Origin: Candidatus Micrarchaeota archaeon
GTDB taxonomy: Archaea; Micrarchaeota; Micrarchaeia; Anstonellales; Bilamarchaeaceae
DNA: 51,414 bases
Assembly: GCA_029557835.1 (NCBI GenBank)
Contig: JAKQHW010000011.1
Span: 1 to 51,414 of the forward strand
Direction: 5' to 3'
Of this stretch, positions 17,901 through 27,959 are shown piece after piece (position 1 is the first letter of the stretch; each line of letters opens with the position of its first letter). The notes below the pieces were generated by a model, which made no database searches, was not told where the DNA came from, and saw nothing but the letters and a program-made list of their open reading frames with translations. The position numbers and the translations under genes were made by a program.

Positions 17901-19151
17901 ATGGGAAAAATGAAGTTGCAGTGCCTCGGCGCGGGGCAGGAGGTCGGAAGGAGCTGCTTTGTCCTGGAGACGGACCAGAAGGTGATGCTGGACTGCGGGC
18001 TCAAGATTTACGAGGTGGGCGAAGGCAGGGACATGTTCCCGCTCCCGTTCAGGGGAAGGCTGGACGCAATCGTACTTGGGCACGCGCATTTCGACCATTC
18101 CGGTTACCTCCCTTCCATGTTCGCGCATGGGGGGCCGGACTGGTTCTCCACGCCCCCGACCGCGGAGATAACCAACCTGCTCTGGGCGGATTCGATGAAG
18201 ATAATGGGCGACAGGTCCCCGTACACGGAGGCGGAGATCGCGAAGGCGAACAGGAAATGGGTGGGGCTGGAGTACGGGAAGAGGCTGCACCTGGGAAAGA
18301 CGGCCTTCCGGCTGCACGACGCGGGGCACATACTAGGGGCCGCGATGGTGGAGGCGGAGCACGGGGGGAGGAGGTTCGTTTATACGGGCGACTTCAAGAT
18401 GGAAGGGAGCAGGATGCACGCCGGCGCGGAGCCGGTGAAGGATGTGGACGTGCTCGTGATCGAGAGCACATACAGCAGCAGGGAGCACCCGGAGAGGAAG
18501 GGGCTGGAGAGGAAGCTCGCGGAGGATGTTGCGGAAGTGATAGACTCTGGGGGCAACGCGCTTTTCCCGGCTTTCGCGGTGGGGAGGACGCAGGAGCTGA
18601 TAAGCATAATACGCGCACACAACAAGGGCGTCCCTATATTCGTGGACGGGATGGGCAAGGAGGTCACAAGGATGTGCATGAGGAACCCGGGCTACATAAG
18701 GGACGCGGAGGAGTTCGGGGAGCACGCGGAGAGCGCGGTATTCGTGCAGGGGAGGGAGGACAGGGTGGACGCGACCTCCATGCCATCTGTGATAATAAGC
18801 ACGGCAGGCATGCTGCAGGGCGGGCCCGCGCTGCAGTACATGCTCAACCTGATGCCCGGCTCAAAGATGTATTTCACAGGATACAACGTGGAGGGGACGA
18901 ACGGGTGGAGGATGATGAAGGAGAGCAGGATCCTCCTGGAAGGGAACCTGCTCGAGGTGGACACGCCCTGGGAGTATTACGACTTCTCGGCGCACGCCGG
19001 GAGGGCGGACCTGCTTGAATTCATACGCAAGGCAGGGCCGGAGAAGATAGTGCTCAACCACGGGGACGGGATTCCGGCCTTCGCGGAGGAGCTGCGCGGG
19101 CAGGGATACGAGGTCCACGCCCCAAAGAACGGCGACACCATCGAGCTATGA
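17901..19151 (+). CDS. Metallo-beta-lactamase/beta-CASP ribonuclease (aCPSF-like, no KH domains)
   Basis: EVGRSC, HAHFDHSG, AGHILG, YTGDF, ESTY, FAVGRTQE, SAHA. Confidence 0.92.
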   Translation: MGKMKLQCLGAGQEVGRSCFVLETDQKVMLDCGLKIYEVGEGRDMFPLPFRGRLDAIVLGHAHFDHSGYLPSMFAHGGPDWFSTPPTAEITNLLWADSMKIMGDRSPYTEAEIAKANRKWVGLEYGKRLHLGKTAFRLHDAGHILGAAMVEAEHGGRRFVYTGDFKMEGSRMHAGAEPVKDVDVLVIESTYSSREHPERKGLERKLAEDVAEVIDSGGNALFPAFAVGRTQELISIIRAHNKGVPIFVDGMGKEVTRMCMRNPGYIRDAEEFGEHAESAVFVQGREDRVDATSMPSVIISTAGMLQGGPALQYMLNLMPGSKMYFTGYNVEGTNGWRMMKESRILLEGNLLEVDTPWEYYDFSAHAGRADLLEFIRKAGPEKIVLNHGDGIPAFAEELRGQGYEVHAPKNGDTIEL

Positions 19152-19562
19152 GCGGCGGGAGAAGAGAAGGGGGGCGAAAAGCGGGAGAATTGCCGCCGCT
19201 AGGCAGAACGTGCTCTGCTTTGGGGGCGCGGCCCGGTCCTCGCAAAGCCCCCTGGCGAAAGTGTTGAGCGGGTCTATGTTCCCGCACACTGATTCGTTGT
19301 TGGTTACGCGCGCGACCTCCATGTAGCAGCGGTCCCTGCCAGAGCCGATGAACGCGTCCCCGCGGGATGTGTCTATCATGTCGCACATCGCCACCCCGCC
19401 CGCGGCATCGTCGTGCAGGATTGCGCGGTTAAGCGCCGCGTTGGTGCAGGGGGTGGCTGTGCGGTTCTGGATGCAGTTCTGCTCGTGGCCCATCAATTCG
19501 CCCACGCACCCGGAAAAGGCAAGCAGGAAAGCCACGGACAATGCGATGAGCGCCCTGTTCAT
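19146..19562 (-). CDS. Small Cys-rich secreted/lipoprotein with C-terminal hydrophobic anchor
   Basis: FSGC lipobox-like motif, multiple Cys, C-terminal CLAAAILPLF. Confidence 0.6.
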   Translation of the reverse strand: MNRALIALSVAFLLAFSGCVGELMGHEQNCIQNRTATPCTNAALNRAILHDDAAGGVAMCDMIDTSRGDAFIGSGRDRCYMEVARVTNNESVCGNIDPLNTFARGLCEDRAAPPKQSTFCLAAAILPLFAPLLFSRRS

Positions 19563-20086
19563 CCCCTCGCCTCGAAAAGCCATTTGAACGAGTCCCTCTT
19601 CAGGGCTTCCTTCGCCATCTTCTTCGCGGAAGCGGTCTTCAGGAGCGCTGATGCGCGCTCAATCCACTGCTCCACGTATTTGTTACCAAGGTCCCTGTAT
19701 TCCTTCGCCTGGAAGATGAGCTCGAGCCGGTCCGCGTCCTTCGCGACCTCCATCACGCGGGCGTCCCTGAAAAGTTCCGGTATCTCTGGAAGCGGCGCGA
19801 ACGTGTCCGCCTGCGCCCTGCCCTCGTCTATCTCCATGTATCTCTTCCCAACGATGTGCACGTCGTTTATCCGGACCTCGTGCAAATCGTGGAACAGGGC
19901 CGCAAGCGCCGCCTTCTCCGGGTCCACGCCCTCCTTTTTCGCTAGGATGTATGCGATGACCGCAGAACGGTAGGAATGCTCGGATACGCTCTCCGGCTTT
20001 ATCCCTATGGTCTTCCAGCCCGAGCGCTCCACTCTGCGCAGCGCGCCTGCCTGGTATATGAAGTCTATCTCGTCCAGATTACTCAC
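19559..20086 (-). CDS. HD-domain 5'-deoxynucleotidase-like hydrolase (YfbR/HDDC2 family)
   Basis: L..VERSGW, ESVSEHSY, ALFHDLHE, KDADRLE. Confidence 0.88.
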   Translation of the reverse strand: MSNLDEIDFIYQAGALRRVERSGWKTIGIKPESVSEHSYRSAVIAYILAKKEGVDPEKAALAALFHDLHEVRINDVHIVGKRYMEIDEGRAQADTFAPLPEIPELFRDARVMEVAKDADRLELIFQAKEYRDLGNKYVEQWIERASALLKTASAKKMAKEALKRDSFKWLFEARG

Positions 20087-21278
20087 CGAACTTATGCCTC
20101 ATCATGGAGATGGTCTCCTGGGGCGTGTGGCCCAGCTTTATGAGCTTTGTGTGCCCCCTTATCCCCTTCCCGCTCTCGACGGTCGTCACCAGCCCGAGCA
20201 TCTCCAGGTCAGTGAGGTAGCTCCTGTAAGAGCGCGCGGTCTTGGCGGATTTCCTGAGCTTGGAGCAGAGCTCGGAATAGTCCTCGTAAACCTCCCCGGA
20301 GAAGAGGTATCCGTCCTTCCCCTCCTCGAACCTCGCGTATTTGCTCCCCGAAAGGGTGAGGCGCGCGACCGCGTAGAGCACGAGCTGGTGGTGCTCCGGC
20401 AGCTTGTCGACCGCCTCCTTCACAAGGTCGGTCTCCACTATTTCCCTCGCCCCCTTCACCTCGGCGTCGGTTATCCTCCCGAGGCCCTTTTCCTCGGCGT
20501 ATTCGGCCGCGCGCGCGATCAGCTTTAGCGCGTAGCGCGCGTCCCCGGACTCCTGCGCGGTGTACGCGCTGGCGAGGTTTATCGCGCCCGGGGTTATCGC
20601 GTCCTTGTTGAATGCGAGCTCCACCCTCTGCTGCAGGATTTTCTGCAGCTGGGGCGCGGTGTATGGGGGGAACACCATCTCCCTCTCGTAGAGGCTGCTC
20701 TTGCTGCGCGGGTCGAGCCCCTCCTTGAACGTGAGGCGGTTGGATATGCCCACCAGGGAGACGCCGCCGCGCTCCAGCTCGTCGTTCGCCCTTGTGAGCG
20801 TGTATATCAGCTCGTCTATGTTCTTAGCCATGTCTATCTCGTCCAGCACGAGTATCAGCTGCCTCCCCTCCCCGCACCACTCGAGCATCTTCTCGTAATA
20901 AAAAGGCAGCCCGTACCCCTGCTTGTCAAGGCCGTTGGTGAGCGCCTTTATCGCCTTGGACAGGATGCGGTAGGGCTTGTTGTACATCCTGCAGTTTATG
21001 TATGTGATGCGGGCGTTTTGGCGCTCCTCCTCGAATTTCCTGGCCACGTGCTTGACCGAGCAGGTCTTGCCGGTGCCGGTCTTCCCGTATATCATGAGGT
21101 TGCGCGCCTTCCTGCCCTGGAGGGCGGGGGCGAGTATGGACATCAGCTCCCTTATCTGGTGCTCCCTGAAATGGAGGGTGTCGGGTATGAAATGGGGTGA
21201 GAGCACGTCCCTGTCGCGGTATATGCGCGAGGGGCCAGTGAAGTCTCCAAAAGAAGGCATCTCAGCACCGGAAAGCAT
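20079..21278 (-). CDS. cdc6: Orc1/Cdc6 replication initiator
   Basis: GKTGTGKT, YINC, LVLDEID, LDPRSKS, FPPY, GDARYAL, C-terminal winged helix. Confidence 0.96.
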   Translation of the reverse strand: MLSGAEMPSFGDFTGPSRIYRDRDVLSPHFIPDTLHFREHQIRELMSILAPALQGRKARNLMIYGKTGTGKTCSVKHVARKFEEERQNARITYINCRMYNKPYRILSKAIKALTNGLDKQGYGLPFYYEKMLEWCGEGRQLILVLDEIDMAKNIDELIYTLTRANDELERGGVSLVGISNRLTFKEGLDPRSKSSLYEREMVFPPYTAPQLQKILQQRVELAFNKDAITPGAINLASAYTAQESGDARYALKLIARAAEYAEEKGLGRITDAEVKGAREIVETDLVKEAVDKLPEHHQLVLYAVARLTLSGSKYARFEEGKDGYLFSGEVYEDYSELCSKLRKSAKTARSYRSYLTDLEMLGLVTTVESGKGIRGHTKLIKLGHTPQETISMMRHKFGE

Positions 21279-21402
21279 TCTTGGTTGGAAGCATTTAATA
21301 AGATTGGGATTAGTGGAAACGGCGCTTTGGCCCGGAGGAGGGAGGGTTTATTAATCCTTTTCGTCCAATAGCTGGACACACGGCGTAATGGCAGGTGACA
21401 GG

Positions 21403-21777
21403 ATGGGAATATTCGACAAGATTTTCGGGAAAGAGAAAGAGACCGAAGAGCCTGACCTTGGGCAATACCTCGAGATAGAGGAGGAAGGCGACGTGGTGAA
21501 CCCGCCGGCGGACTTCTATGTCAAGAGGATAGACCTGAGGAACGAGGGCGACGCGAACCTCGCGCTCAAGGAGCTCACGAGCAAGAACATAATAATCGTG
21601 AACGTGACCCCCCTCTCGAAGCAGCCGAACAGGCTGAAGGGGATAATCGGCAAGCTCAAGGTGAGCGCGGAGAAGATGAACGGCGACATAGCGCTGCTCA
21701 CGCAGGAGCTCGTTCTCCTAACTCCCTCCAAAGTGAAGATAGTGAAGTCTAAGCAGAAGCCTGTGGAGAAGGCCTGA
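21403..21777 (+). CDS. sepF: Cell-division protein SepF
   Basis: MGIFDKIFG amphipathic helix; NIIIVNV, GDIA, LLTPSKV; GGTGA SD before ATG 21403. Confidence 0.85.
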   Translation: MGIFDKIFGKEKETEEPDLGQYLEIEEEGDVVNPPADFYVKRIDLRNEGDANLALKELTSKNIIIVNVTPLSKQPNRLKGIIGKLKVSAEKMNGDIALLTQELVLLTPSKVKIVKSKQKPVEKA

Positions 21778-21840
21778 GCTTAGCTTCCCTCCGGGGCGCG
21801 AGCCCCCTGATTTTTATTATTCATCGTTTTAGGTGTAACC

Positions 21841-22752
21841 ATGCTCAAGGTGGATTTCCTGGGGACCGGAGGCGCGGTCCCTTCCATAAAGAGGGCCATG
21901 CCGGCCATTGCCCTCCACTGGGACAAGCTGTTCCTGTGGGACTGCGGGGAGGGCACGCAGAGGGAGATGATGAGGCGCGGCGTCGGGTACGGGGGCGTGG
22001 AGGCGATATTCATAACCCACATGCACCTGGACCACTTCATGGGCGTGTTCGGGCTGATAGAGACCATAAGGATGAACACGCAGAGGGAGCACCTGCGCAT
22101 CTTCGCGCCAAGGGGGCTGGCGCGCATAATCGAGGCGATGAGCCCGTCCTTCGCACGCAGGCCGGACTTCATACAGTTCGGCGAGATGCACGAGGGCGAG
22201 CTCTACCGCGGCAAGGACTATTCCATATCCGCGTTCAGGGTGGAGCACGGTAGGGAGGCGTACGGGCTCGTTTTCCACGAGGACGACAAGGTGAAGTTCA
22301 ACGAGAAGGAGGCGAAGGGGCGCGGTCTGCGGGGAAAGATGTTCCGCGAGATACAGGAGAGGGGGGAAGTGGAGGTTGCGGGGAAGAGGGTAAAGCTTGA
22401 GGAGGTGAGCTGGGTGAGGAAGGGTATCAAGGCGGTTTATTCCGGGGACACGATGCCGTCGGAGAGGGTCGCGCTCGCGGCAAGGGGCGCGGACCTGCTC
22501 ATACACGACGCCACCTTCGGGGAGGGGATGGGCGACGAGGCCGAGGGGAGGATGCACACCACCGCGGCAGGGGCCGCGAGGATTGCGAAGGCGGCTGGAG
22601 TGAAAAGGCTGGTTTTGACGCACATAAGCTGCAGGTACGCTGGCGCGGAGAAGGAACTGCTCTCTGAAGCGCGGGCGATATTCAGGAACTCTGAGTTGGC
22701 CAAGGATGGGATGTCGCTGGAAGTGAAGCCGGAGAAGGAAGAGCCGGAATAG
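21841..22752 (+). CDS. rnz: Ribonuclease Z
   Basis: FLGTGGAVP, DCGEGTQ, THMHLDH, YSGDT, HDATF, LTHISCRY. Confidence 0.95.
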   Translation: MLKVDFLGTGGAVPSIKRAMPAIALHWDKLFLWDCGEGTQREMMRRGVGYGGVEAIFITHMHLDHFMGVFGLIETIRMNTQREHLRIFAPRGLARIIEAMSPSFARRPDFIQFGEMHEGELYRGKDYSISAFRVEHGREAYGLVFHEDDKVKFNEKEAKGRGLRGKMFREIQERGEVEVAGKRVKLEEVSWVRKGIKAVYSGDTMPSERVALAARGADLLIHDATFGEGMGDEAEGRMHTTAAGAARIAKAAGVKRLVLTHISCRYAGAEKELLSEARAIFRNSELAKDGMSLEVKPEKEEPE

Positions 22753-22812
22753 GGAGGAAACGCACTCAGCAAAGGAATAAATACCGCTGAATTGAAATTA
22801 TAGTGCAATAAT

Positions 22813-25350
22813 ATGGAAACCATAGCCGAATTGTTCAGGAAAAGGTTCCCCGAGCCCACGGCAATCCAAAAGAAGGCGATGCCTGAGCTTTTGCAGGGGA
22901 AGAACGCTTTGCTAGTGGCACCAACTGGGAGCGGGAAGACCGAAGCAGCATTACTGCCCGTGCTGGAGATGGTGCACGGCAAGCCGGGGATAACCTGCCT
23001 TTACATCACTCCGCTTAGGGCGCTGAACAGGGACATGAAAAAAAGGATGGACTGGTGGTGCGACCATGCAGGGATAACGCACGCGGTCAGGCATGGGGAC
23101 ACCAGCGTGAGCGAGCGCGGGAAGCAGAGGGCGAAGCCTCCCCAGCTGCTCATAGTCACCCCGGAAACCCTGCAGGCGCTGCTTGTTGGCAGGGTGATGA
23201 GGAAGCACCTTGCAAATGTTAAGCACGTGATAGTGGACGAGGTGCACGAGCTGCTGAACAACAAGCGCGGGACGCAGTTGTCCATGGGGCTGGAGCGGCT
23301 CGCGGAAATTGCGGAATTCCAGAGGATAGGGCTGAGCGCCACGGTTGCGGAGCCGCGGGAGGCGGGGAGGCTCATCTGCGGCGCGAGGCCGTTCTCGGTG
23401 CTGGAGGCAGGTGGGAACAGGGGCATCCGGCTTGAGATAATCAAGGCGTACGGGGGGGAGAGGAAGAGCTTCGAGCGGCTCAAGGAGTTCCTTGAGAAGG
23501 AAGCGCCGAAGAGGAGGATAGTTTTCGTGAACACGAGGAGCACCGCAGAGGCGCTCTCCACCTACCTTGCGATGGAGAAGGTCCCGGTGGACGTGCACCA
23601 CGGCTCGCTCTCCGCGGAGGTGCGGCTAAAGACGGAGGAGGGGCTGAGGGGCGGGGAGCTCCAGACGGTGGTGGCGACATCCTCGCTGGAGCTTGGGATA
23701 GACATAGGGGATATGGAGGAGGTCGTGCAGTTCGGCTCCCCGCGCGAGGTGGCGCGCCTCGTGCAGAGGGTGGGGCGGAGCGGGCACGCGATGCACCTGG
23801 AGCCATCTGGGAAAATAATTGTCGGGGATTACGACGACTGGATGGAGGCGCGCGCAATCCAGAGGAAATTTGGCGAGGGCTTCCTGGAGGGGCGGGAAGC
23901 GGTGAGGGGCGCGATGGACGTCGCCGCGCACCAGTTCGTGGGCCTGCTCATGGAGATGGGCAGGATGAAGGTGGATGGCGCCTATGGGATATTGAACAGG
24001 GCTTATGCGTTCGCGCTTAAGCCTGAGGAGTTCAGGCGGGCGGTGAAGCAGCTCGAAAGGGAGCGCCTCATATTCCTCAACCCGGACGGCAGCGCGGCCA
24101 TCAGGCGGGCGGGGAGGGAGTATTACTTCTACAACCTGACGACCATACCCAAGGAAAAGAAATATGCGCTGAGGGATTCGAGCACGAACAGGATTGTCGC
24201 GTCGCTTGACGAGAGGTTCGTGTCTACGCTCACCCCCGGGGAGTTCTTTTCTTCCAAGGGCAGGGTATGGAGGATGGTCGAGCTTTCGCACGAGCTGCTC
24301 GCCGAGCCTGCTTCATCCGCGGACTTCATAATCCCGGATTGGGTTGGCGAGGACATCCCTGTGCACCGGGAAATCGCGCAGGAGGTGGGGAGGCTGAGGG
24401 CCGGGGACGGGGACGCGCACGGGGGGAGGGCCATCCCGGACGACGGGAAAATCGTGGTGGAGATTGCGAAGGAATCCGTGGTGCTGCATTCATGCTTCGG
24501 GACCAGGATAAATTACACCCTGGGGCGGGTTCTCCAGCTGCGGCTGGCGAAGAGGCTTGGGGCCGAGGTTGCGGTTGCAACGGACCCGTACAGGGTGATG
24601 CTGAAGCTGCCCTTCCCGGCGAAGAGGGAATGGGTCGACGCGGCGCTCGTGCCGTATGACCTGGAGTTCGATGCCGAGGAGTCCCTTTGGAATTCGTCTG
24701 CGTTGAGAATAGTGTTCCTGCACACCGGGCGCATGTTCGGGATGTTCGGGGAGGACGCGATGGTTGGCACCAAGCTCATGCGGCTCATGGCTGACACCCC
24801 GGTCTACGCCGAGGCGGTAAACACAATCTTCAGGAAATACTTCGACCTGGAAGGCACGAAAAAAGTTCTTGTTGGATTGATGAAAAAGGAGCCGGAGCTC
24901 ATATTCGAGGAAAAGGAGGAACTATCATTTTTTGCAATGGAGGGCATAAGGAGAAAAGAGGAAGGAGTGCCTTCCATACAGCCGCGGGAGGCGATGCTGA
25001 AATCCATAAGGGAGGAAATATCCAAAAAGCCGGTGGAGCTGAAGTGCCTCTCCTGCGGGGCGTCCAGGCGGACCACCGCTGGGAACGCGCCCGGGCAGAT
25101 GAAATGCCATGCGTGCGGTCGCTCATCGCTCACGCTCGGGAAGGGCGGGCCCGAGGACCAGGCGCTCGCCGCGGCCATATTGCGCGCATATGGGAAGAGG
25201 GGGCTTCTTGCGCTCTCGGTTTATGGGGTCGGGCCAAAGACCGCGGACAGGATACTGAGCAAACTGCACAAGGACGAGGACCTGCTGCTTTTGGAACTGT
25301 TGGAGGCCCAGAAGAATTTCATTAAAAATAAGAAATACTGGAGGGCATAG
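22813..25350 (+). CDS. lhr: Lhr-like DEVH-box helicase with C-terminal Zn finger and HhH
   Basis: APTGSGKT, PLRALNRD, DEVH, SAT, HHGSLS, SSLELGID, QRVGRSGH; CLSC/CHAC. Confidence 0.93.
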   Translation: METIAELFRKRFPEPTAIQKKAMPELLQGKNALLVAPTGSGKTEAALLPVLEMVHGKPGITCLYITPLRALNRDMKKRMDWWCDHAGITHAVRHGDTSVSERGKQRAKPPQLLIVTPETLQALLVGRVMRKHLANVKHVIVDEVHELLNNKRGTQLSMGLERLAEIAEFQRIGLSATVAEPREAGRLICGARPFSVLEAGGNRGIRLEIIKAYGGERKSFERLKEFLEKEAPKRRIVFVNTRSTAEALSTYLAMEKVPVDVHHGSLSAEVRLKTEEGLRGGELQTVVATSSLELGIDIGDMEEVVQFGSPREVARLVQRVGRSGHAMHLEPSGKIIVGDYDDWMEARAIQRKFGEGFLEGREAVRGAMDVAAHQFVGLLMEMGRMKVDGAYGILNRAYAFALKPEEFRRAVKQLERERLIFLNPDGSAAIRRAGREYYFYNLTTIPKEKKYALRDSSTNRIVASLDERFVSTLTPGEFFSSKGRVWRMVELSHELLAEPASSADFIIPDWVGEDIPVHREIAQEVGRLRAGDGDAHGGRAIPDDGKIVVEIAKESVVLHSCFGTRINYTLGRVLQLRLAKRLGAEVAVATDPYRVMLKLPFPAKREWVDAALVPYDLEFDAEESLWNSSALRIVFLHTGRMFGMFGEDAMVGTKLMRLMADTPVYAEAVNTIFRKYFDLEGTKKVLVGLMKKEPELIFEEKEELSFFAMEGIRRKEEGVPSIQPREAMLKSIREEISKKPVELKCLSCGASRRTTAGNAPGQMKCHACGRSSLTLGKGGPEDQALAAAILRAYGKRGLLALSVYGVGPKTADRILSKLHKDEDLLLLELLEAQKNFIKNKKYWRA

Positions 25351-25404
25351 CCTGAGGGTGGTTTAAAAGCCTTATTGTGTTAATTATATAAAAAAGGTGT
25401 AATA

Positions 25405-26361
25405 TTGCAAAGGAAAACCAAATGGAAAATGAGGGCGCTCGCGGAAGCCCGGGTAAGGCGGGAAGCGGAGCGCCGGGAGAAAAAGTTCAGGGCTGCGCAG
25501 AAGCCTTCTCCGGAGAGTCTGATCAGGGGGCTTAAGCCCGCAATCGGGCTCATAGACGCGAACAGGTTTGATGAGGCCCGGGATATGGTTGCCGACTTCC
25601 TTGAGAGGCGCCCGGGCAGCGCGGCCGGCCATTCGCTGCTCATAAGGATACACGGGATGCTTGGGGAGGCGGAGCTTTCCGAGCACCTTTTCGAATATGC
25701 GAAGGGAAATGGGATGGGGTCAAGGGACCTGTATGGGGCGATGGTGGATGCCTATTCCAGCTGCAGGGAATTCGGGAAGGCGCAGGCGGTGATCGCAGAA
25801 GCCGAAGCCTGCGGCCTTGGGTGCGCAAAAAATTACGCGCACCTGATGGCAGGATTATACGGGGAGGGGCGGTACGAAGACGTGGAAAGGGTCTATCTGT
25901 CCCTCCCCATCTCATACAAATCCAAGGCAGCCCTTAACATCAAGTATGCCGACGCATTGAGGAAGATGAAGAGATACGGGGAAGCCAAGGAAGCCGCGGA
26001 GTTTTCCATAAGCCTGCGGAGCACTCTGGCCGAGAAAACCAAGGCAAGGATAATCATAGGATATTGCGAAATGTGCCTGGGGAACCCGGAGAAGGCCTAC
26101 AAGCTTCTCCGTGAGGAATACGAGAAGGTTTCCCGGCTGGAGGATGGGGGGTTCTCGCAGAGGTTTTTCCCGAGGCTGCTTTGCGGGGTTGTGTTCGCAT
26201 GCAGCAAGGCAGGCATACCCCAGCCGGATTCGACCGCGGAGCAGTGGAGGAGGCTGCTTGAGAGGATCCAGGAGGAAGGGCGCGGAAATGCCGGGGATAT
26301 AGGGGCCGCGCTCATGCGCTTGCGCCATATACCCGCCGCACCTGCCCAGCACGAATTATAA
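25405..26361 (+). CDS. Helical-repeat protein (PPR/TPR-like)
   Basis: ~34-aa repeats such as LYGAMVDAYSSCREFGKAQAVI and NYAHLMAGLYGEGRYEDVERVY. Confidence 0.7.
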   Translation: MQRKTKWKMRALAEARVRREAERREKKFRAAQKPSPESLIRGLKPAIGLIDANRFDEARDMVADFLERRPGSAAGHSLLIRIHGMLGEAELSEHLFEYAKGNGMGSRDLYGAMVDAYSSCREFGKAQAVIAEAEACGLGCAKNYAHLMAGLYGEGRYEDVERVYLSLPISYKSKAALNIKYADALRKMKRYGEAKEAAEFSISLRSTLAEKTKARIIIGYCEMCLGNPEKAYKLLREEYEKVSRLEDGGFSQRFFPRLLCGVVFACSKAGIPQPDSTAEQWRRLLERIQEEGRGNAGDIGAALMRLRHIPAAPAQHEL

Positions 26362-26384
26362 TAGGTTCGGTGGGAATCTACACC

Positions 26385-27290
26385 ATGGCTGAATTCGTCG
26401 AGGCTCCGCTGTCCGAGTTCGAGCAGGCGGGGAAAATCGCTGCGAAGGTGCGTGAGGAGAGCAAGTCCCTTGTGATGGTGGACGCGAGCCTCCTGGACGT
26501 TGCGGAAACAATAGAAGGGATGATTATCGAGGAGGGGGCGTTCCCCGCTTTTCCGACCAATGTATCAATCAATGAGATAGCCGCGCACTACACCCCCGAG
26601 AAAGGGGACGGGGCGCTCTTCAAGGAAACGGACCTGGTGAAGATAGATTTCGGGGTGAGCGTGAACGGGGCGCTTTCGGACACCGCTTACACCATAGATT
26701 TGAGCGAAAAGAACGGCAAGCTGGTGGAGGCCGCGGAGAAGGCGCTCGAGAACGCGATTGCGGGGATCAAGCCCGGGGTGAAGGTAGGCGAGGTGGGTGG
26801 CATTGTGGAGGAGACCGTCAAGGGGTATGGGTTCCGCCCGATAGCCAACCTCACGGGCCACATGATAAAGACCGGGCTTCTGCACGCGGGGATAGACATA
26901 CCGAATGTGAAGACCGAGGACCCGTACGAGTTCCAGGTTGGCGACATATTCGCCGTTGAGCCGTTTGCAACCGATGGGAAGGGTTTCGTTTCCGACACCG
27001 AGCAGGTGGAGATATTCTCGCTCTATCTTCCCGGGGGATTGCGCATGAGGCAGTCCAGGCAGCTGTTGAACCACATAATAAACAACTACGGGATGCTCCC
27101 GTTCGCGGAGAGATGGCTGGTGCAGGAGTTCCCCTCCAAATTGCTGGTGGGCAACGCGCTAAAGGAAATGCTGAGGATGCAGGTGCTGAAGGCCTACCCG
27201 GTGCTGAAGGAAGCCGGGGGCGGGCTGGTCTCGCAGGCGGAGCATACTGTGGTTGTGGAAGAGGGTGGCGCGCGAATCCTGACTCAATAG
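26385..27290 (+). CDS. map: Type II methionine aminopeptidase
   Basis: AFPTNVSINEIAAHYTP, KIDFG, NLTGH, AVEPFAT, SQAEHT. Confidence 0.96.
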   Translation: MAEFVEAPLSEFEQAGKIAAKVREESKSLVMVDASLLDVAETIEGMIIEEGAFPAFPTNVSINEIAAHYTPEKGDGALFKETDLVKIDFGVSVNGALSDTAYTIDLSEKNGKLVEAAEKALENAIAGIKPGVKVGEVGGIVEETVKGYGFRPIANLTGHMIKTGLLHAGIDIPNVKTEDPYEFQVGDIFAVEPFATDGKGFVSDTEQVEIFSLYLPGGLRMRQSRQLLNHIINNYGMLPFAERWLVQEFPSKLLVGNALKEMLRMQVLKAYPVLKEAGGGLVSQAEHTVVVEEGGARILTQ

Positions 27291-27351
27291 GTTTTTATTC
27301 TTCTTTTGTTGCTAATATGGATGCCGGAGACTGGAAACAGGAAACGGTCTT

Positions 27352-27450
27352 GGGTCCGTAAGGTAACCTGGATAGCCTACAAGGCTTCGAATGCCTTCTC
27401 CTGAATGCAGGAGCAACCTTGCAGTGTGGGTTCAAATCCCGCCGGGCCCG
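27352..27450 (+). tRNA. tRNA-Arg(UCG) with 25-nt intron (27391-27415) at 37/38
   Basis: GGGTCCG/CGGGCCC-G; CAAGG-CTTCGA|intron|A-CCTTG; BHB central helix CTTC/GGAG, outer helix TGC/GCA. Confidence 0.92.
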
Positions 27451-27454
27451 ATTG

Positions 27455-27540
27455 GAGAAAACGCGGGGGAGGCGTCCCCCTCATTTTCTTCCATCTCTCT
27501 GATCCCCCTCCACTTCGCTTGGAGCCGCTTGGCGCGCACT
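27455..27540 (-). repeat. tRNA-associated hairpin repeat, copy C
   Basis: Reverse complement AGTGCGCGCCAAGCGGCTCCAAGCGAAGTGGAGGGGGATCAGA...AAAATGAGGGGGACGCCTCCCCCGCGTTTTCTC matches both ends of copy A. Confidence 0.85.
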
Positions 27541-27574
27541 CCTTACGCAATTGGATGGATTAAGGTGATTATGC

Positions 27575-27814
27575 ATGGACAAGGAAAGGGCGGAGAAAAG
27601 CCTTCGGAAACTGAAAGCCCACCTGGAAAGGGGCGCGTGGATTGCGGAGAAGCATCCGGAAGTGTTCGCGCTTGCCAGGCAGTATGCGGAGGACGCTGAG
27701 CATTTCTTCAAAAAAGGGGATTGCTTCTCATCCTTTGGGGCTTCCGATTATGCGTATGGGCTATTGGATGCGGTTTGGATTGTGGAGAAGGGCGGGCTTC
27801 CGCCCCCATTGTGA
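27575..27814 (+). CDS. DUF357 family protein
   Basis: A.QYAEDAEHF.KKGD...SFGA.DYAYGLLDA. Confidence 0.85.
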   Translation: MDKERAEKSLRKLKAHLERGAWIAEKHPEVFALARQYAEDAEHFFKKGDCFSSFGASDYAYGLLDAVWIVEKGGLPPPL

Positions 27815-27959
27815 GGGTGGGGCGAAGCCTTAAAAACATTCGTTAACATCATAATACACAATACACAAGCGCTTTTTTTCCAAGCTTAGTTGCTCCGGAT
27901 TGGGGAAGCATTTAAAACTCTTACAATCTAAAGGAGACCAACTATTTTTGGTGATGCAT

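Noticed and set aside
21279..21400. Replication origin upstream of cdc6
   Set aside because: Only one partial ORB-like AGTGGAAAC, no repeated ORBs or G-string, and a short gap.
21793..21815. GGGGC-GCGA-GCCCC hairpin (and the similar one at 32121) as further repeat copies
   Set aside because: They lack the conserved 5' block and look like ordinary terminator hairpins.
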